This document shows positions 19,593 through 29,410 of a DNA stretch of 63,957 nt, in pieces. The position numbers and the translations under genes were made by a program. The stretch lies in the IMG/VR virus record IMGVR_UViG_3300028025_006013, positions 1-63,957 of that record. One strand, 5' to 3'. The notes beneath the pieces are model-generated. The model saw only the letters and a list, made by a program, of their open reading frames with translations. It did no database searches and was not told the origin of the DNA. Every line of letters begins with the position of its first letter. Position 1 is the stretch's first letter. Origin of the DNA: a virus. Its lineage: Duplodnaviria; Caudoviricetes.

Positions 19593-22055
19593 ATGTCAAA
19601 AATAGTAGGAGAAGAAATTCCATCGTATGTAGCACAACAAATCAATAAGCGTCAAGCGACCCAAGGTAAAACATCCCGCAATGACAAGGATATGCTGTAC
19701 TTAAACGCTAGAACGTCATGGGTTAAATTAGCATCGGGTATTGTTAAAGATGATGAACCTAACATTGCCCAAAACAATATTTTATATAATGGTATATCTT
19801 CTGGTGGAGGATACGATGGCGCATTAAGACAAAAACACTCATTCGAATCCAAATATGGGTATGGCCCATCAAAATATGGCTCCCACATATCCGAATATGG
19901 CTACCAACCAATGCCAGGTATCGTTAGCGCTGACATTAGGTGTATGAACCGTGGTTCAATTAAAAAAGCAACCGTTCAAATCAAAGCATTCACCCCAGAA
20001 CAATTCCATATTCTCGATCAACTATATCTTCGTATAGGATATACCATGTTTTTGGAGTGGGGACATAGTATATATTTAGATGACAAAGGTGATGTTGTTA
20101 ACATGGGATACACGTTAATCGAAGCCGATCAAGGATTTTTCGCATCAACCGATTACTACCAAATGCTCGGTAAAATTGAATATTACCGTAAAAGTAAATT
20201 CGGTAACTACGATGGACTCATATGCAAAGTAGTAAACTTTAACTGGCATATAGCACAGGATGGTTCGTACGATATCACACTAGAGTTAATCAGTGTGGGT
20301 GATGTAGTGGAATCACTTAAAACAAACATATCACCAAACAAAGAACTAGCAGATGGTATTGACCAGGTGATGAGTTCATTGAAGAGTGAGGAAACGGATG
20401 CTCCATCACAAATATCCCCATCTTCAAATATCATTTCAGCATACTTATACTTCCAGCATCTGCTTAATAAGGATTCTGCCAATTATTCAAAGGAAAAAAT
20501 ATTTGCACATATTGTACAGAAAAACGACAAATTGAAGTTAGGTCATTTCATTAAACTTAACCATCTTCCTCCACTTTTCAAATCAAATCCTGAGGCAGGT
20601 AACTTTAAAACATCTACTAGTTTTTTATCGGAAGATGCCGCTAGAACATGGGCTGTGCAAACATATCCTACTGCAACAGAATCTAATTCATCATTGCCTG
20701 GCCCGCAATCATATACTATACAAAGTACTACCCAAACACTAGTACCGAACGTAAAGGGTTTACCTAGCACTAGTGGATTGTATTATGTGGTATATAATGA
20801 TGCTGAACCTCTTCAAAAATTCAAATTTGGTAAAGTAGGACAGGGTGAACGAAACGTAATGTTTATCAACTACGAAAACCCCAAAGAAAACAAAAACGAC
20901 TCATCCACTGGATACTACATGCGTTTTGGGCATTTACTAGATTTTTTAGACAAATATGTGGTACCCAGATCAAAAACTGACAGATCGATTAAAATGGTCA
21001 AAATATACTCTGAACAGTCACTAATGTACCGCCACCCATACCAGTACTCAGCAGATCCTAGAGTATGTGTGGTTGCCATACCTCAAAATGAACCAATAAA
21101 TTCCAAAATATTTTTAGTTGACGAGAAGGGTAGCGATTTTGATTCACGAGTTCAGTGGAAAATATCAAAAGGAGGATACTCGGCTAATTCAATGAACATA
21201 TACATTTCCCACACCCAAATCCTCCAATCACTTGAAGCTAATTTAGACGACAAGGGCAATTTATCGTTATTCAATTTCTTGAAAGACATATGCAATGCAT
21301 TGAACAGAGCATTGTGTGGGTTAAATAACCTAGAGCCAGTAATTGACGAAACCGACAACATATTATATATAATTGATTCCAGCTACCATGTTAAAAAATC
21401 AAAAACATATGAATTGGAATTATATGGTTACAATAACGATTGGAACACATCCAATTTCGTTCGTAACTTCAACTTGAAAACCGAAATCACCCCAGAATTC
21501 GCAACCATGGCCTCCATCGGTGCTACCGCAGCTGGATATGTTAAGGGAACTGAAAACACCATGTTTTCACGCTTCAACAAGGGTTTAATTGACCGCTTCC
21601 AAGACGAGTGGCATGCACCAACATCAGACACTGCTAAAGAAGCAAGAGAAGACGTACTCGACTTGTACCGAAATAAAATATGGTGGGGAATGTGGAACGC
21701 ATTTGGTATGATTAAAAAAGGCACAAAACCACAACTACAAATCAACATCATTGATCGTAATGTATCAATAATGACCGAATTCTTCAAGTACATACAATCT
21801 GAACAGCGCAACAAAAAAGAAAAGTATGCATCAACCCAAAACGGTTTTATCCCAATCAGCTTGGGTGTAACCATGGATGGTATATCAGGCATTAAAATAT
21901 ACAATTCATTAAATGTATCCACTCGATTTTTACCAGCTAATTACCCAGAAAATCTGGTGTTTATCATCAAAGGCGTAAACCACAAATTATCAAACAGTGA
22001 CTGGGAAACCACACTGGAAACCGTAGTTGTATCCAAAGTTGACACAAGCAAATAG
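19593..22055 (+). CDS. Baseplate hub/tail protein
   Basis: 820 aa; PMPGI..., LEWG, FIIKGVNH...W.T.LE C-terminus typical of hub proteins. Confidence 0.6.
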   Translation: MSKIVGEEIPSYVAQQINKRQATQGKTSRNDKDMLYLNARTSWVKLASGIVKDDEPNIAQNNILYNGISSGGGYDGALRQKHSFESKYGYGPSKYGSHISEYGYQPMPGIVSADIRCMNRGSIKKATVQIKAFTPEQFHILDQLYLRIGYTMFLEWGHSIYLDDKGDVVNMGYTLIEADQGFFASTDYYQMLGKIEYYRKSKFGNYDGLICKVVNFNWHIAQDGSYDITLELISVGDVVESLKTNISPNKELADGIDQVMSSLKSEETDAPSQISPSSNIISAYLYFQHLLNKDSANYSKEKIFAHIVQKNDKLKLGHFIKLNHLPPLFKSNPEAGNFKTSTSFLSEDAARTWAVQTYPTATESNSSLPGPQSYTIQSTTQTLVPNVKGLPSTSGLYYVVYNDAEPLQKFKFGKVGQGERNVMFINYENPKENKNDSSTGYYMRFGHLLDFLDKYVVPRSKTDRSIKMVKIYSEQSLMYRHPYQYSADPRVCVVAIPQNEPINSKIFLVDEKGSDFDSRVQWKISKGGYSANSMNIYISHTQILQSLEANLDDKGNLSLFNFLKDICNALNRALCGLNNLEPVIDETDNILYIIDSSYHVKKSKTYELELYGYNNDWNTSNFVRNFNLKTEITPEFATMASIGATAAGYVKGTENTMFSRFNKGLIDRFQDEWHAPTSDTAKEAREDVLDLYRNKIWWGMWNAFGMIKKGTKPQLQINIIDRNVSIMTEFFKYIQSEQRNKKEKYASTQNGFIPISLGVTMDGISGIKIYNSLNVSTRFLPANYPENLVFIIKGVNHKLSNSDWETTLETVVVSKVDTSK

Positions 22056-22057
22056 TT

Positions 22058-22648
22058 ATGGAAAACGAAACAGACTACATCGAATATCAAAAAATTGTAC
22101 TTGACATAATTGGGTTATCCTCACCAAAACAAAATGTTTCCGCACCTGGAGCAAACCGGTTAGTTAAAAGTTCCAAACGGGCAACATCCGATGAAACCAA
22201 ATTATTCTACCAAAAGCTATTCACCTACCTAGGCATACCAGAGACACAAGGTAATTTGCTATTTGTTCGCGCATGGGCTCAAATTGAGGGATCTGAAAGA
22301 ACCGGCTCTCGACCAACATACAATCCATTGAGTACAACCCTTTCTAGCGGTGCTACATCATCATTCAATTCAATTGGTGTACGAAATTACCCAACATTGA
22401 ATGTAGGTGTTATTGCAACTGCAAATACCATTAAAGGTAAATTGTATTCTAAAATATACACAGAACTAAAAAAAGGCATACCAGATAAAGCAACCGCTAT
22501 TTCATTATCCAAAAAATGGGAGAAAAAATATGGTCCGCTTTGGACGTGGGTAAATGGATCAGACATTACAAAGAGTGATCTTCCACCATACATTTCGGGT
22601 GTATTAGCTGGAAATGTATCCTCTGGAACAATACACATACCTAATTAA
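22058..22648 (+). CDS. Putative tail-associated lysozyme-like protein
   Basis: AW.Q.EG...NPL.TT....GVRNY motif; sits between hub and M23 peptidase genes. Confidence 0.4.
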   Translation: MENETDYIEYQKIVLDIIGLSSPKQNVSAPGANRLVKSSKRATSDETKLFYQKLFTYLGIPETQGNLLFVRAWAQIEGSERTGSRPTYNPLSTTLSSGATSSFNSIGVRNYPTLNVGVIATANTIKGKLYSKIYTELKKGIPDKATAISLSKKWEKKYGPLWTWVNGSDITKSDLPPYISGVLAGNVSSGTIHIPN

Positions 22649-22661
22649 TACATAATACACT

Positions 22662-23210
22662 ATGGACGAAGAAGACTTCTATGAAACGATGCGAGCAATA
22701 GTATTCAAAATTGTGGATGGAGATGCACCCAAAATCTCAAAAAACTACCCAGCGGCATCCCCATTCATAGGCAAAAAATACACCACTGGTGGATTACCGA
22801 TTACCTCTCATTTTGGTCCTAGGTGGGGTAAATTCCACTACGGAATGGATATTGCTGGACTTACCCAAGGCGGGGTACAGGTAAAAGAGGGTACCCCCAT
22901 GTACTACAACGGAGACTCAGGTACCGTAACATCAACCGTAACTAAGGGTTATGGTAATGGGTATGGTCTTAAGGTCATTATAAAAAATCAAGATGGTTCA
23001 ATCATAATATGCGCCCACCTTAGTAAAGTTAGTGTCAAAAATGGACAAACCGTAACCAGTGGTACATTATTAGGTAATATAGGAAATACAGGACATTCAT
23101 TTGGTGCCCATCTCCATTTCGAATACAAACCTTTGGGGGCTCCATCAACATCTAATGGTTCCATAGACCCATACCCATACATAGACAAATACATAAAATT
23201 CAAACAATAA
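22662..23210 (+). CDS. M23 family peptidase (tail-associated)
   Basis: HYGMD, AHL and GNTG.S.G.HLHFE motifs. Confidence 0.9.
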   Translation: MDEEDFYETMRAIVFKIVDGDAPKISKNYPAASPFIGKKYTTGGLPITSHFGPRWGKFHYGMDIAGLTQGGVQVKEGTPMYYNGDSGTVTSTVTKGYGNGYGLKVIIKNQDGSIIICAHLSKVSVKNGQTVTSGTLLGNIGNTGHSFGAHLHFEYKPLGAPSTSNGSIDPYPYIDKYIKFKQ

Positions 23211-23212
23211 AC

Positions 23213-23803
23213 ATGTACTTCCCAAAATCACAATACACCGGAAACCTATACACTGATGGAACCAGGTATGCTGTTGCCACTAACGGTAACCCGTACACTG
23301 GATACTACTTCAAAACATTTGCCAATGAATTGTATACCGGGAAAACACCAGAAGATGGCCCAACCCAATTATTGGTTGAAATCCAGCAACCCATGTTGGA
23401 TGACATTACCCCCGCTACTCAACCATTGTATGTATATCCTATCTCCACTACAGCATACAACAATAAAGAACCAGAAATCCGTTACCTTCCACAACCCAAC
23501 GTAACATTACCCACACCGGATGACTATAAACAGGGTGTATTCACCCGCTATTTTTGCAAGAAAACAAACGAGTTAAAATATATCGAAATCGATCAAAAAA
23601 CACATTCCAAACTTGCATCCCAATCCAGTGAAGTAGCGTGGGATCTATATATACCTCAATCAATTGATTGGTATATAACGGGAAACATGGAAAACATATA
23701 CAACTTAAACAAGTCAATTGTGAACATGGTTGAAACGGAGGAGAAATGGTACGGTTTCTCGCAATACTTTAAACAAAACTTTGCAAAATACTTTGCTACT
23801 TAA
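23213..23803 (+). CDS. Hypothetical structural protein
   Basis: 196-aa ORF ending the tail module. Confidence 0.55.
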   Translation: MYFPKSQYTGNLYTDGTRYAVATNGNPYTGYYFKTFANELYTGKTPEDGPTQLLVEIQQPMLDDITPATQPLYVYPISTTAYNNKEPEIRYLPQPNVTLPTPDDYKQGVFTRYFCKKTNELKYIEIDQKTHSKLASQSSEVAWDLYIPQSIDWYITGNMENIYNLNKSIVNMVETEEKWYGFSQYFKQNFAKYFAT

Positions 23804-23826
23804 CATATCCTTCATATATTTAACCT

Positions 23827-25074
23827 ATGTTTTGGTTAATAGAAGATGTCAGTAAAGTAGAAACGCTATGTAGAATACGCCACAAAAACGTATACGTAGA
23901 TATACTACCGGTATCCCACACTCACCACGCACAGGAAAACGAAATATGCGCCATATACCTTAAACCCACACAAAACGACAAAGGGTATATATTACCCGTA
24001 AACCACAACGACACACTCAATTTACCAATTGATTTAATCCAGAGCGTGTTGGACAGCATTGAAACCATACACGTTCACGACAAAAAGGAATTCCTGCACT
24101 ATTTCACACACAAAAACATTGCGTGCCCGGTTCCAGGCATTCACACACAATTACCAACACATACATCAACACACGAGCACTTTTACCGTTTGTATCCAAA
24201 CCGAGCAGATGTTAACACAATCATACCAATTGTAAAACACTACGAGTGGTTTGAGCAACGGTTTGCTGCTTTACCCGAAACAAACACCACACACTTCTAC
24301 AACAAAGCATCCATCGTATACAACATGCTGGAGAGCAGTGGAATATCAGTTAATACAAGCGATTATATGCGATATTTCCAACGAGACGATGTACAACGTG
24401 TCTACACACACTACAATTTAAATACCACAACAACTAGACCATCGAATACATTCGGTGGTATTAGCTTTAACACATTAAACAAAGACAATGGAGAACGAGA
24501 GTGTTTTATTCCGAGCAACGATATATTCATTGAGTTGGATGTCAGTGCTTATCATGTTATTCTTTTATGCCATCTGGTGGACCATGATTTCGGCGGTGAA
24601 GATATTCATCAAAGTTTTGCTACTTTGTATGGGGTGGATTACCAGAGAGCAAAAGAAATAACCTTTCAGCAGCTGTATGGAGGAATTTGGAAACAATACG
24701 AAAATTTAGTATATTTCCGCAAAGTAAAAGAATACACTGACCAATTGTGGAACCAATTCACCACCCAGGGATACATTGAATGTCCCGTATCGCAATACAG
24801 ATTTGAGCGTGATAAGCTGGATGAAATGAACCCACAAAAACTACTCAACTACGTGTTGCAAAATTTTGAAACAGCAACCAATGTTAAACTGATGTGGAAG
24901 ATATTTAGAGTATTGCGTGGTAAAAACACCAAACTCATATTAACTGTGTACGATTCATTTTTATTTGACGTTGATGAATCCGAAACAGAGGTCATGCCAC
25001 AAATAGTAGAAATATTTAAACAACACCGCTTGAATGTGAAGACCAAAGTGGGCAACACATATAATTTCAAATAA
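23827..25074 (+). CDS. Family A DNA polymerase-like protein (compact)
   Basis: TTRPS, ELDVSAYH (motif A), AKEITFQQLYG (motif B), NYVLQ, LTVYDSFLFD (motif C). Confidence 0.8.
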   Translation: MFWLIEDVSKVETLCRIRHKNVYVDILPVSHTHHAQENEICAIYLKPTQNDKGYILPVNHNDTLNLPIDLIQSVLDSIETIHVHDKKEFLHYFTHKNIACPVPGIHTQLPTHTSTHEHFYRLYPNRADVNTIIPIVKHYEWFEQRFAALPETNTTHFYNKASIVYNMLESSGISVNTSDYMRYFQRDDVQRVYTHYNLNTTTTRPSNTFGGISFNTLNKDNGERECFIPSNDIFIELDVSAYHVILLCHLVDHDFGGEDIHQSFATLYGVDYQRAKEITFQQLYGGIWKQYENLVYFRKVKEYTDQLWNQFTTQGYIECPVSQYRFERDKLDEMNPQKLLNYVLQNFETATNVKLMWKIFRVLRGKNTKLILTVYDSFLFDVDESETEVMPQIVEIFKQHRLNVKTKVGNTYNFK

Positions 25075-25082
25075 AACCAGTT

Positions 25083-25556
25083 ATGTATCCGAATTTCGAA
25101 GAAGCTCTGTATATGTATGATACGAGTCATAGCTATGACTATGACCATTTCATGAACACAGAACTTATGATCAACAACAGACTACTATGTACTTTCACAA
25201 CCCTTGACACACTCGACGAGTTAATTTCAGGTTTGACACAAAAGTACTCCATACTATACAATAAAATGTTTGTATTGCACGTTAAATCAAACAACGAATA
25301 CGTGGTAACATACAACATAGACCAAGGCAATACATCCGAGATACCTGAAAATACCATTTTGGTGCACCGCAAAAAGGAACACAATGTGCTATACACAATC
25401 AATTCATTGAATGAGTTAATTAAGCGATTGAATGGTGGTGTAGTTGATCCAAAATTCCCAATTAACTGGCAACACTACAGAAACAGCATATTGCTAACAC
25501 AAAATTCCGATTTGAAGCAATTGAACACCAAAATATATAAAATAATTGAATTGTAA
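25083..25556 (+). CDS. Conserved hypothetical phage protein
   Basis: ORF with HRKKE.N.LYTIN motif, between polA-like and SSB genes. Confidence 0.6.
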   Translation: MYPNFEEALYMYDTSHSYDYDHFMNTELMINNRLLCTFTTLDTLDELISGLTQKYSILYNKMFVLHVKSNNEYVVTYNIDQGNTSEIPENTILVHRKKEHNVLYTINSLNELIKRLNGGVVDPKFPINWQHYRNSILLTQNSDLKQLNTKIYKIIEL

Positions 25557-25653
25557 TCCAGCCAACAAAATGGCTGGTTACTTGGCAAAAACATTTGCCT
25601 ACCAAATAAAGGTTACGTATATTCAAGTTGTAAACAAATAAAATAAGTTATAT

Positions 25654-26484
25654 ATGAACATTGATGCAATCAAACGCAAATTAGAGGCAATGCAAGCGCC
25701 TAAGTCATCATCAAAAGGTGGTGAAAAAAACTACCCGGAAAAATTCAAACCAACCATCGGTAAACAATCGATTCGTGTAGTACCATTCAAATTCAACAAA
25801 GAAAATCCATTCACTGAGTTGAAATTCTATTACAACATCGGCAGTAAAAAAGTAATCGCATCACCATTAAACTGGGGCGAAAAAGACCCTATCGCTGAAT
25901 TCGCAAAACAATTGAGAGGCACAAACGACAAAGAAAACTGGCGTTTAGCGAAAAAACTTGACCCGAAAGTTCGCATCCAAGTTCCAATCGTGGTACGCGG
26001 TGCAGAGGAAGAGGGAGTGAAAATGTGGGAATTCGGTAAAGAAATCTACGAAGCGTTCTTGCAATTAGCAGCAGACGAGGAAGTAGGTGATTTCACAGAC
26101 ATCATGGTAGGTAGAGATATCAAACTGAACACAGTAGGACCAGACGTAACTGGAACAGCATACAACAAAACAACTATTTCAGTTGCAATCAAAACATCGC
26201 CATTGTACGATGACGAGGCTGTAATTGAGCGTATATTGGAAGAACAGAAAAATCCATTAGACACGTACAAATCACTCCCATTTGACGAAATCAAAGCAGC
26301 ATTACAAGAATGGTTAGCGCCAGTGGGTGAAGAAGACGAAGACAGCATCACATTCACAACTGAAACAAAAGCTGAACCAAAATCAAACTACAGCATTTCA
26401 ACAAAACCTGCAGCAAAAACCACCAAATCAGACAAATTCGACGAATTGTTTGGCGATGATGAAGACGACGATATGCCGTTCTAA
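25654..26484 (+). CDS. Single-stranded DNA-binding protein (gp32-like)
   Basis: OB-fold-like core; acidic C-terminus DDEDDDMPF. Confidence 0.8.
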   Translation: MNIDAIKRKLEAMQAPKSSSKGGEKNYPEKFKPTIGKQSIRVVPFKFNKENPFTELKFYYNIGSKKVIASPLNWGEKDPIAEFAKQLRGTNDKENWRLAKKLDPKVRIQVPIVVRGAEEEGVKMWEFGKEIYEAFLQLAADEEVGDFTDIMVGRDIKLNTVGPDVTGTAYNKTTISVAIKTSPLYDDEAVIERILEEQKNPLDTYKSLPFDEIKAALQEWLAPVGEEDEDSITFTTETKAEPKSNYSISTKPAAKTTKSDKFDELFGDDEDDDMPF

Positions 26485-26521
26485 TTCACACACAAAATTA
26501 TTTACTACTTAAAATAAAGTT

Positions 26522-27622
26522 ATGGCTAAAGGAAGAAAATCATTGTCAGCAGCCGCTGACGAAGCAATCAAATCAAGTTTTAGTTTAGACAAATTTAAGC
26601 AAAGTAAAGGATTGGCATCCAACGTAAAGTTCAAGGAACAACGTTGGATTCCTTTTTCTCCCGCTTTGCAAGACGCATTGTCTATTCCTGGGTGTCCTAT
26701 GGGGCACCTAGTTATCGCTCGGGGACGATCTGACTCGGGTAAAACCACATTAATGATCGAGCTTGCCATTGAGGCACAAAAGATGAAAGTATTGCCTGTA
26801 TTCATCATTACTGAGATGAAATGGGACTTTTTGCATGCCGAGAAGATGGGCTTTCAGTTAACCAAAAACATCGACCCAGAAGACCCAGACAACATAGACT
26901 ACGAAGGGTTTTTCATTTACGTTGACCGCAGTACATTAAACACAATTGAGGATGTATCCGCGTTCATAGCAGACATACTTCAGTCACAAAAGAAAGGTGA
27001 TTTACCATTCGATCTATTGTTCCTGTGGGATTCAGTTGGTTCCATCCCATGTGAAATGTCAGTAAGCGCAAATAAAAATAACCCACAGTGGAATGCTGGA
27101 GCAATGGCTACACAATTTGGTAATTTCATCAACCAGAAATTTCCTATGTCTCGCAAAGTGAGTTACCCGTACACCAATACATTATTCGTAATCAATAAAG
27201 TGGGTGTTCAACCTGCAGCAACACCAATGTCTCAACCGAAAATGACAAACAAAGGAGGCGACGCTATGTACTGGGATGCATCATTAGTAATTACATTTGG
27301 TAATGTAACCAACAGCGGTACATCGAAAATCAAGGCCATCAAAAACAAGAAAAACGTCGAATTCGCTAAACGAACCAAAATCGCAATCGACAAAATCCAC
27401 TTAAGCGATGGAGTTTGCACCCAATCAACAGTAATAGTTACCCCACACGGTTTTATTCCAGATACTGATACTGCAATAAAAAACTACAAAGCAACATACT
27501 CAAACGAATGGTTCCAGGATGCGTCAGGTGAAATTGACATAATTGAGGACAATTCGGAATGGAGCGAAAAACCAGATATATCCGATGTCATAGACATGAT
27601 TAGCCGGGAAGATGTTGTGTAG
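26522..27622 (+). CDS. uvsX: RecA/UvsX-like recombinase
   Basis: GRSDSGKTT Walker A, WDSVGS Walker B, GG.A motif. Confidence 0.85.
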   Translation: MAKGRKSLSAAADEAIKSSFSLDKFKQSKGLASNVKFKEQRWIPFSPALQDALSIPGCPMGHLVIARGRSDSGKTTLMIELAIEAQKMKVLPVFIITEMKWDFLHAEKMGFQLTKNIDPEDPDNIDYEGFFIYVDRSTLNTIEDVSAFIADILQSQKKGDLPFDLLFLWDSVGSIPCEMSVSANKNNPQWNAGAMATQFGNFINQKFPMSRKVSYPYTNTLFVINKVGVQPAATPMSQPKMTNKGGDAMYWDASLVITFGNVTNSGTSKIKAIKNKKNVEFAKRTKIAIDKIHLSDGVCTQSTVIVTPHGFIPDTDTAIKNYKATYSNEWFQDASGEIDIIEDNSEWSEKPDISDVIDMISREDVV

Positions 27623-27688
27623 TTAACTGATCATCCTCCGTTCATCTCCTTGAATTGCACCATATTTATAATAAAACACAAATTTATT

Positions 27689-28342
27689 ATGAAAAAATGC
27701 AATTCATGTTTGGGGGAGTACCCATTCGATATGTTCCATGTAAAAAGAGCATCAGATGACGGTTACAACAATGTGTGTAAGCCATGTAAAAAAATCAAAA
27801 ACGAGTTATTTTATGCAAATAACCGTGAGTCAAAATTGGTATACCAAAAAGAATACCGGGAGAAAAACAAGGAAGTAGTTGACGCGTACAAAAAAGCATA
27901 CAATAAAACATATTTACCTGAATACTACAAGAAAAACAAAGAAAAACGACTAGCATATAGTTACGAATACAACAAGGAACGTAAGAAAACAGACGAAAAT
28001 TTCCGTTTAGCGTCCCTGCTACGATCTCGTTTCCATCATGCATTGAAAAATGGATTCAAAATGAAATCGGTAATCGAGTTAGTAGGATGTACTATTGAAG
28101 AATTCAAGTTGTATGTTGAATCTTTATTTTATCCGGAAATGACTTGGGAAAACCACGGGGATATCTGGGAAATAGACCATATATTACCATGTGCCTCATT
28201 TGATTTAACATTGTTGGAGGAGCAGAAAAAATGTTTCCATTTTTCGAACCATCAACCATTATTTAAAACAACAGCTATTGCCCAATCGTTGGGATACAAT
28301 GATATAGTTGGGAACAGAAACAAGTTACATAAAATAATTTAA
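27689..28342 (+). CDS. Free-standing HNH-type homing endonuclease
   Basis: N-terminal CxxC..CxxC; WEIDHILPCASFDL...FHFSNHQPL; own late motif at 27662. Confidence 0.75.
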   Translation: MKKCNSCLGEYPFDMFHVKRASDDGYNNVCKPCKKIKNELFYANNRESKLVYQKEYREKNKEVVDAYKKAYNKTYLPEYYKKNKEKRLAYSYEYNKERKKTDENFRLASLLRSRFHHALKNGFKMKSVIELVGCTIEEFKLYVESLFYPEMTWENHGDIWEIDHILPCASFDLTLLEEQKKCFHFSNHQPLFKTTAIAQSLGYNDIVGNRNKLHKII

Positions 28343-28346
28343 ACCC

Positions 28347-29372
28347 ATGAAGAAAGACCTATTCAACCTACTAGACAACATCCAGGAAAACCAGGAAACA
28401 CCAACCGGTGAACGTTACCTAATCTGCGACGGACTTAACTTGTTCTTTAGAAACTTCTCCGCCATCAACGCAGTTAATTCAAACGGGGCCCACATTGGTG
28501 GTTTGGGTGGGTTCTTTCGCTCATTGGGTGCATTAATTCGCCAAATCCAACCTACACAAGTAATCATGGTGTTTGATGGAATTGGCTCATCCACATCACG
28601 TAAAAACATCATCCCCGAATACAAATCGGGGAGAAATGTTACCCGTGTAACCAAACATGAACTGTTTGACAATATAGACGACGAGGACGAATCCAAAATT
28701 GGACAAATCGTTCGCATCATTCAATACTTGAAAACGTTGCCCGTGAAAACAATCACCTTGGGTAATGTAGAAGCGGACGATGTCATAGCATATTTAGCAA
28801 GTACCTTGCCTGTAAACGAGAACGATCGTGTATTCATAGTATCTAGCGACAAAGACTATTTACAGTTGATTACGCGCCAAGTAATCGTTTATCGACCAGT
28901 TGAACGTGAATTCTATACTGAAGAAACAGTACGTGAAAAATTCAACCTGGATCCGCACAATTTCATATTGTACAAAACACTATTGGGTGATGCTTCAGAT
29001 GCATTGCCTGGCATTAAAGGATTGGGCGCTGGTAAACTATTCAAGTTATTTCCAGAGTTATCCACACAACCACTCACATTCGAGGACATACTCGATATTT
29101 CAGAGAAAAACATGAGCAAACATGTAATTTACGCTAGAGTGTTACATGACATAGAATTGCTTGAAAACAAATACAAAATCATGGATTTATCCAACCCCAT
29201 GATGAGCGACCAAGACAAACTAGACGTTGACCATTTAATCAAACATACCCCACTTGAATACCATCCAGAGGCATTCGTGGAGTTATACAACGAGGACCAG
29301 TTGGGTGGTTTAATCAGAAACGTAGAATATTGGATTCGCGATACCTTCAAAGATTTGTTGGTAACCCAATAG
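28347..29372 (+). CDS. 5'-3' exonuclease/flap endonuclease (RNase H-like)
   Basis: DGLN, VFDG, YKSGR, EADD, SSDKD, GD.SD.LPGIKG motifs. Confidence 0.92.
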   Translation: MKKDLFNLLDNIQENQETPTGERYLICDGLNLFFRNFSAINAVNSNGAHIGGLGGFFRSLGALIRQIQPTQVIMVFDGIGSSTSRKNIIPEYKSGRNVTRVTKHELFDNIDDEDESKIGQIVRIIQYLKTLPVKTITLGNVEADDVIAYLASTLPVNENDRVFIVSSDKDYLQLITRQVIVYRPVEREFYTEETVREKFNLDPHNFILYKTLLGDASDALPGIKGLGAGKLFKLFPELSTQPLTFEDILDISEKNMSKHVIYARVLHDIELLENKYKIMDLSNPMMSDQDKLDVDHLIKHTPLEYHPEAFVELYNEDQLGGLIRNVEYWIRDTFKDLLVTQ

Positions 29373-29410
29373 ATAATTCATACATTTAATACAAATAAAA
29401 GTTATAAAAT

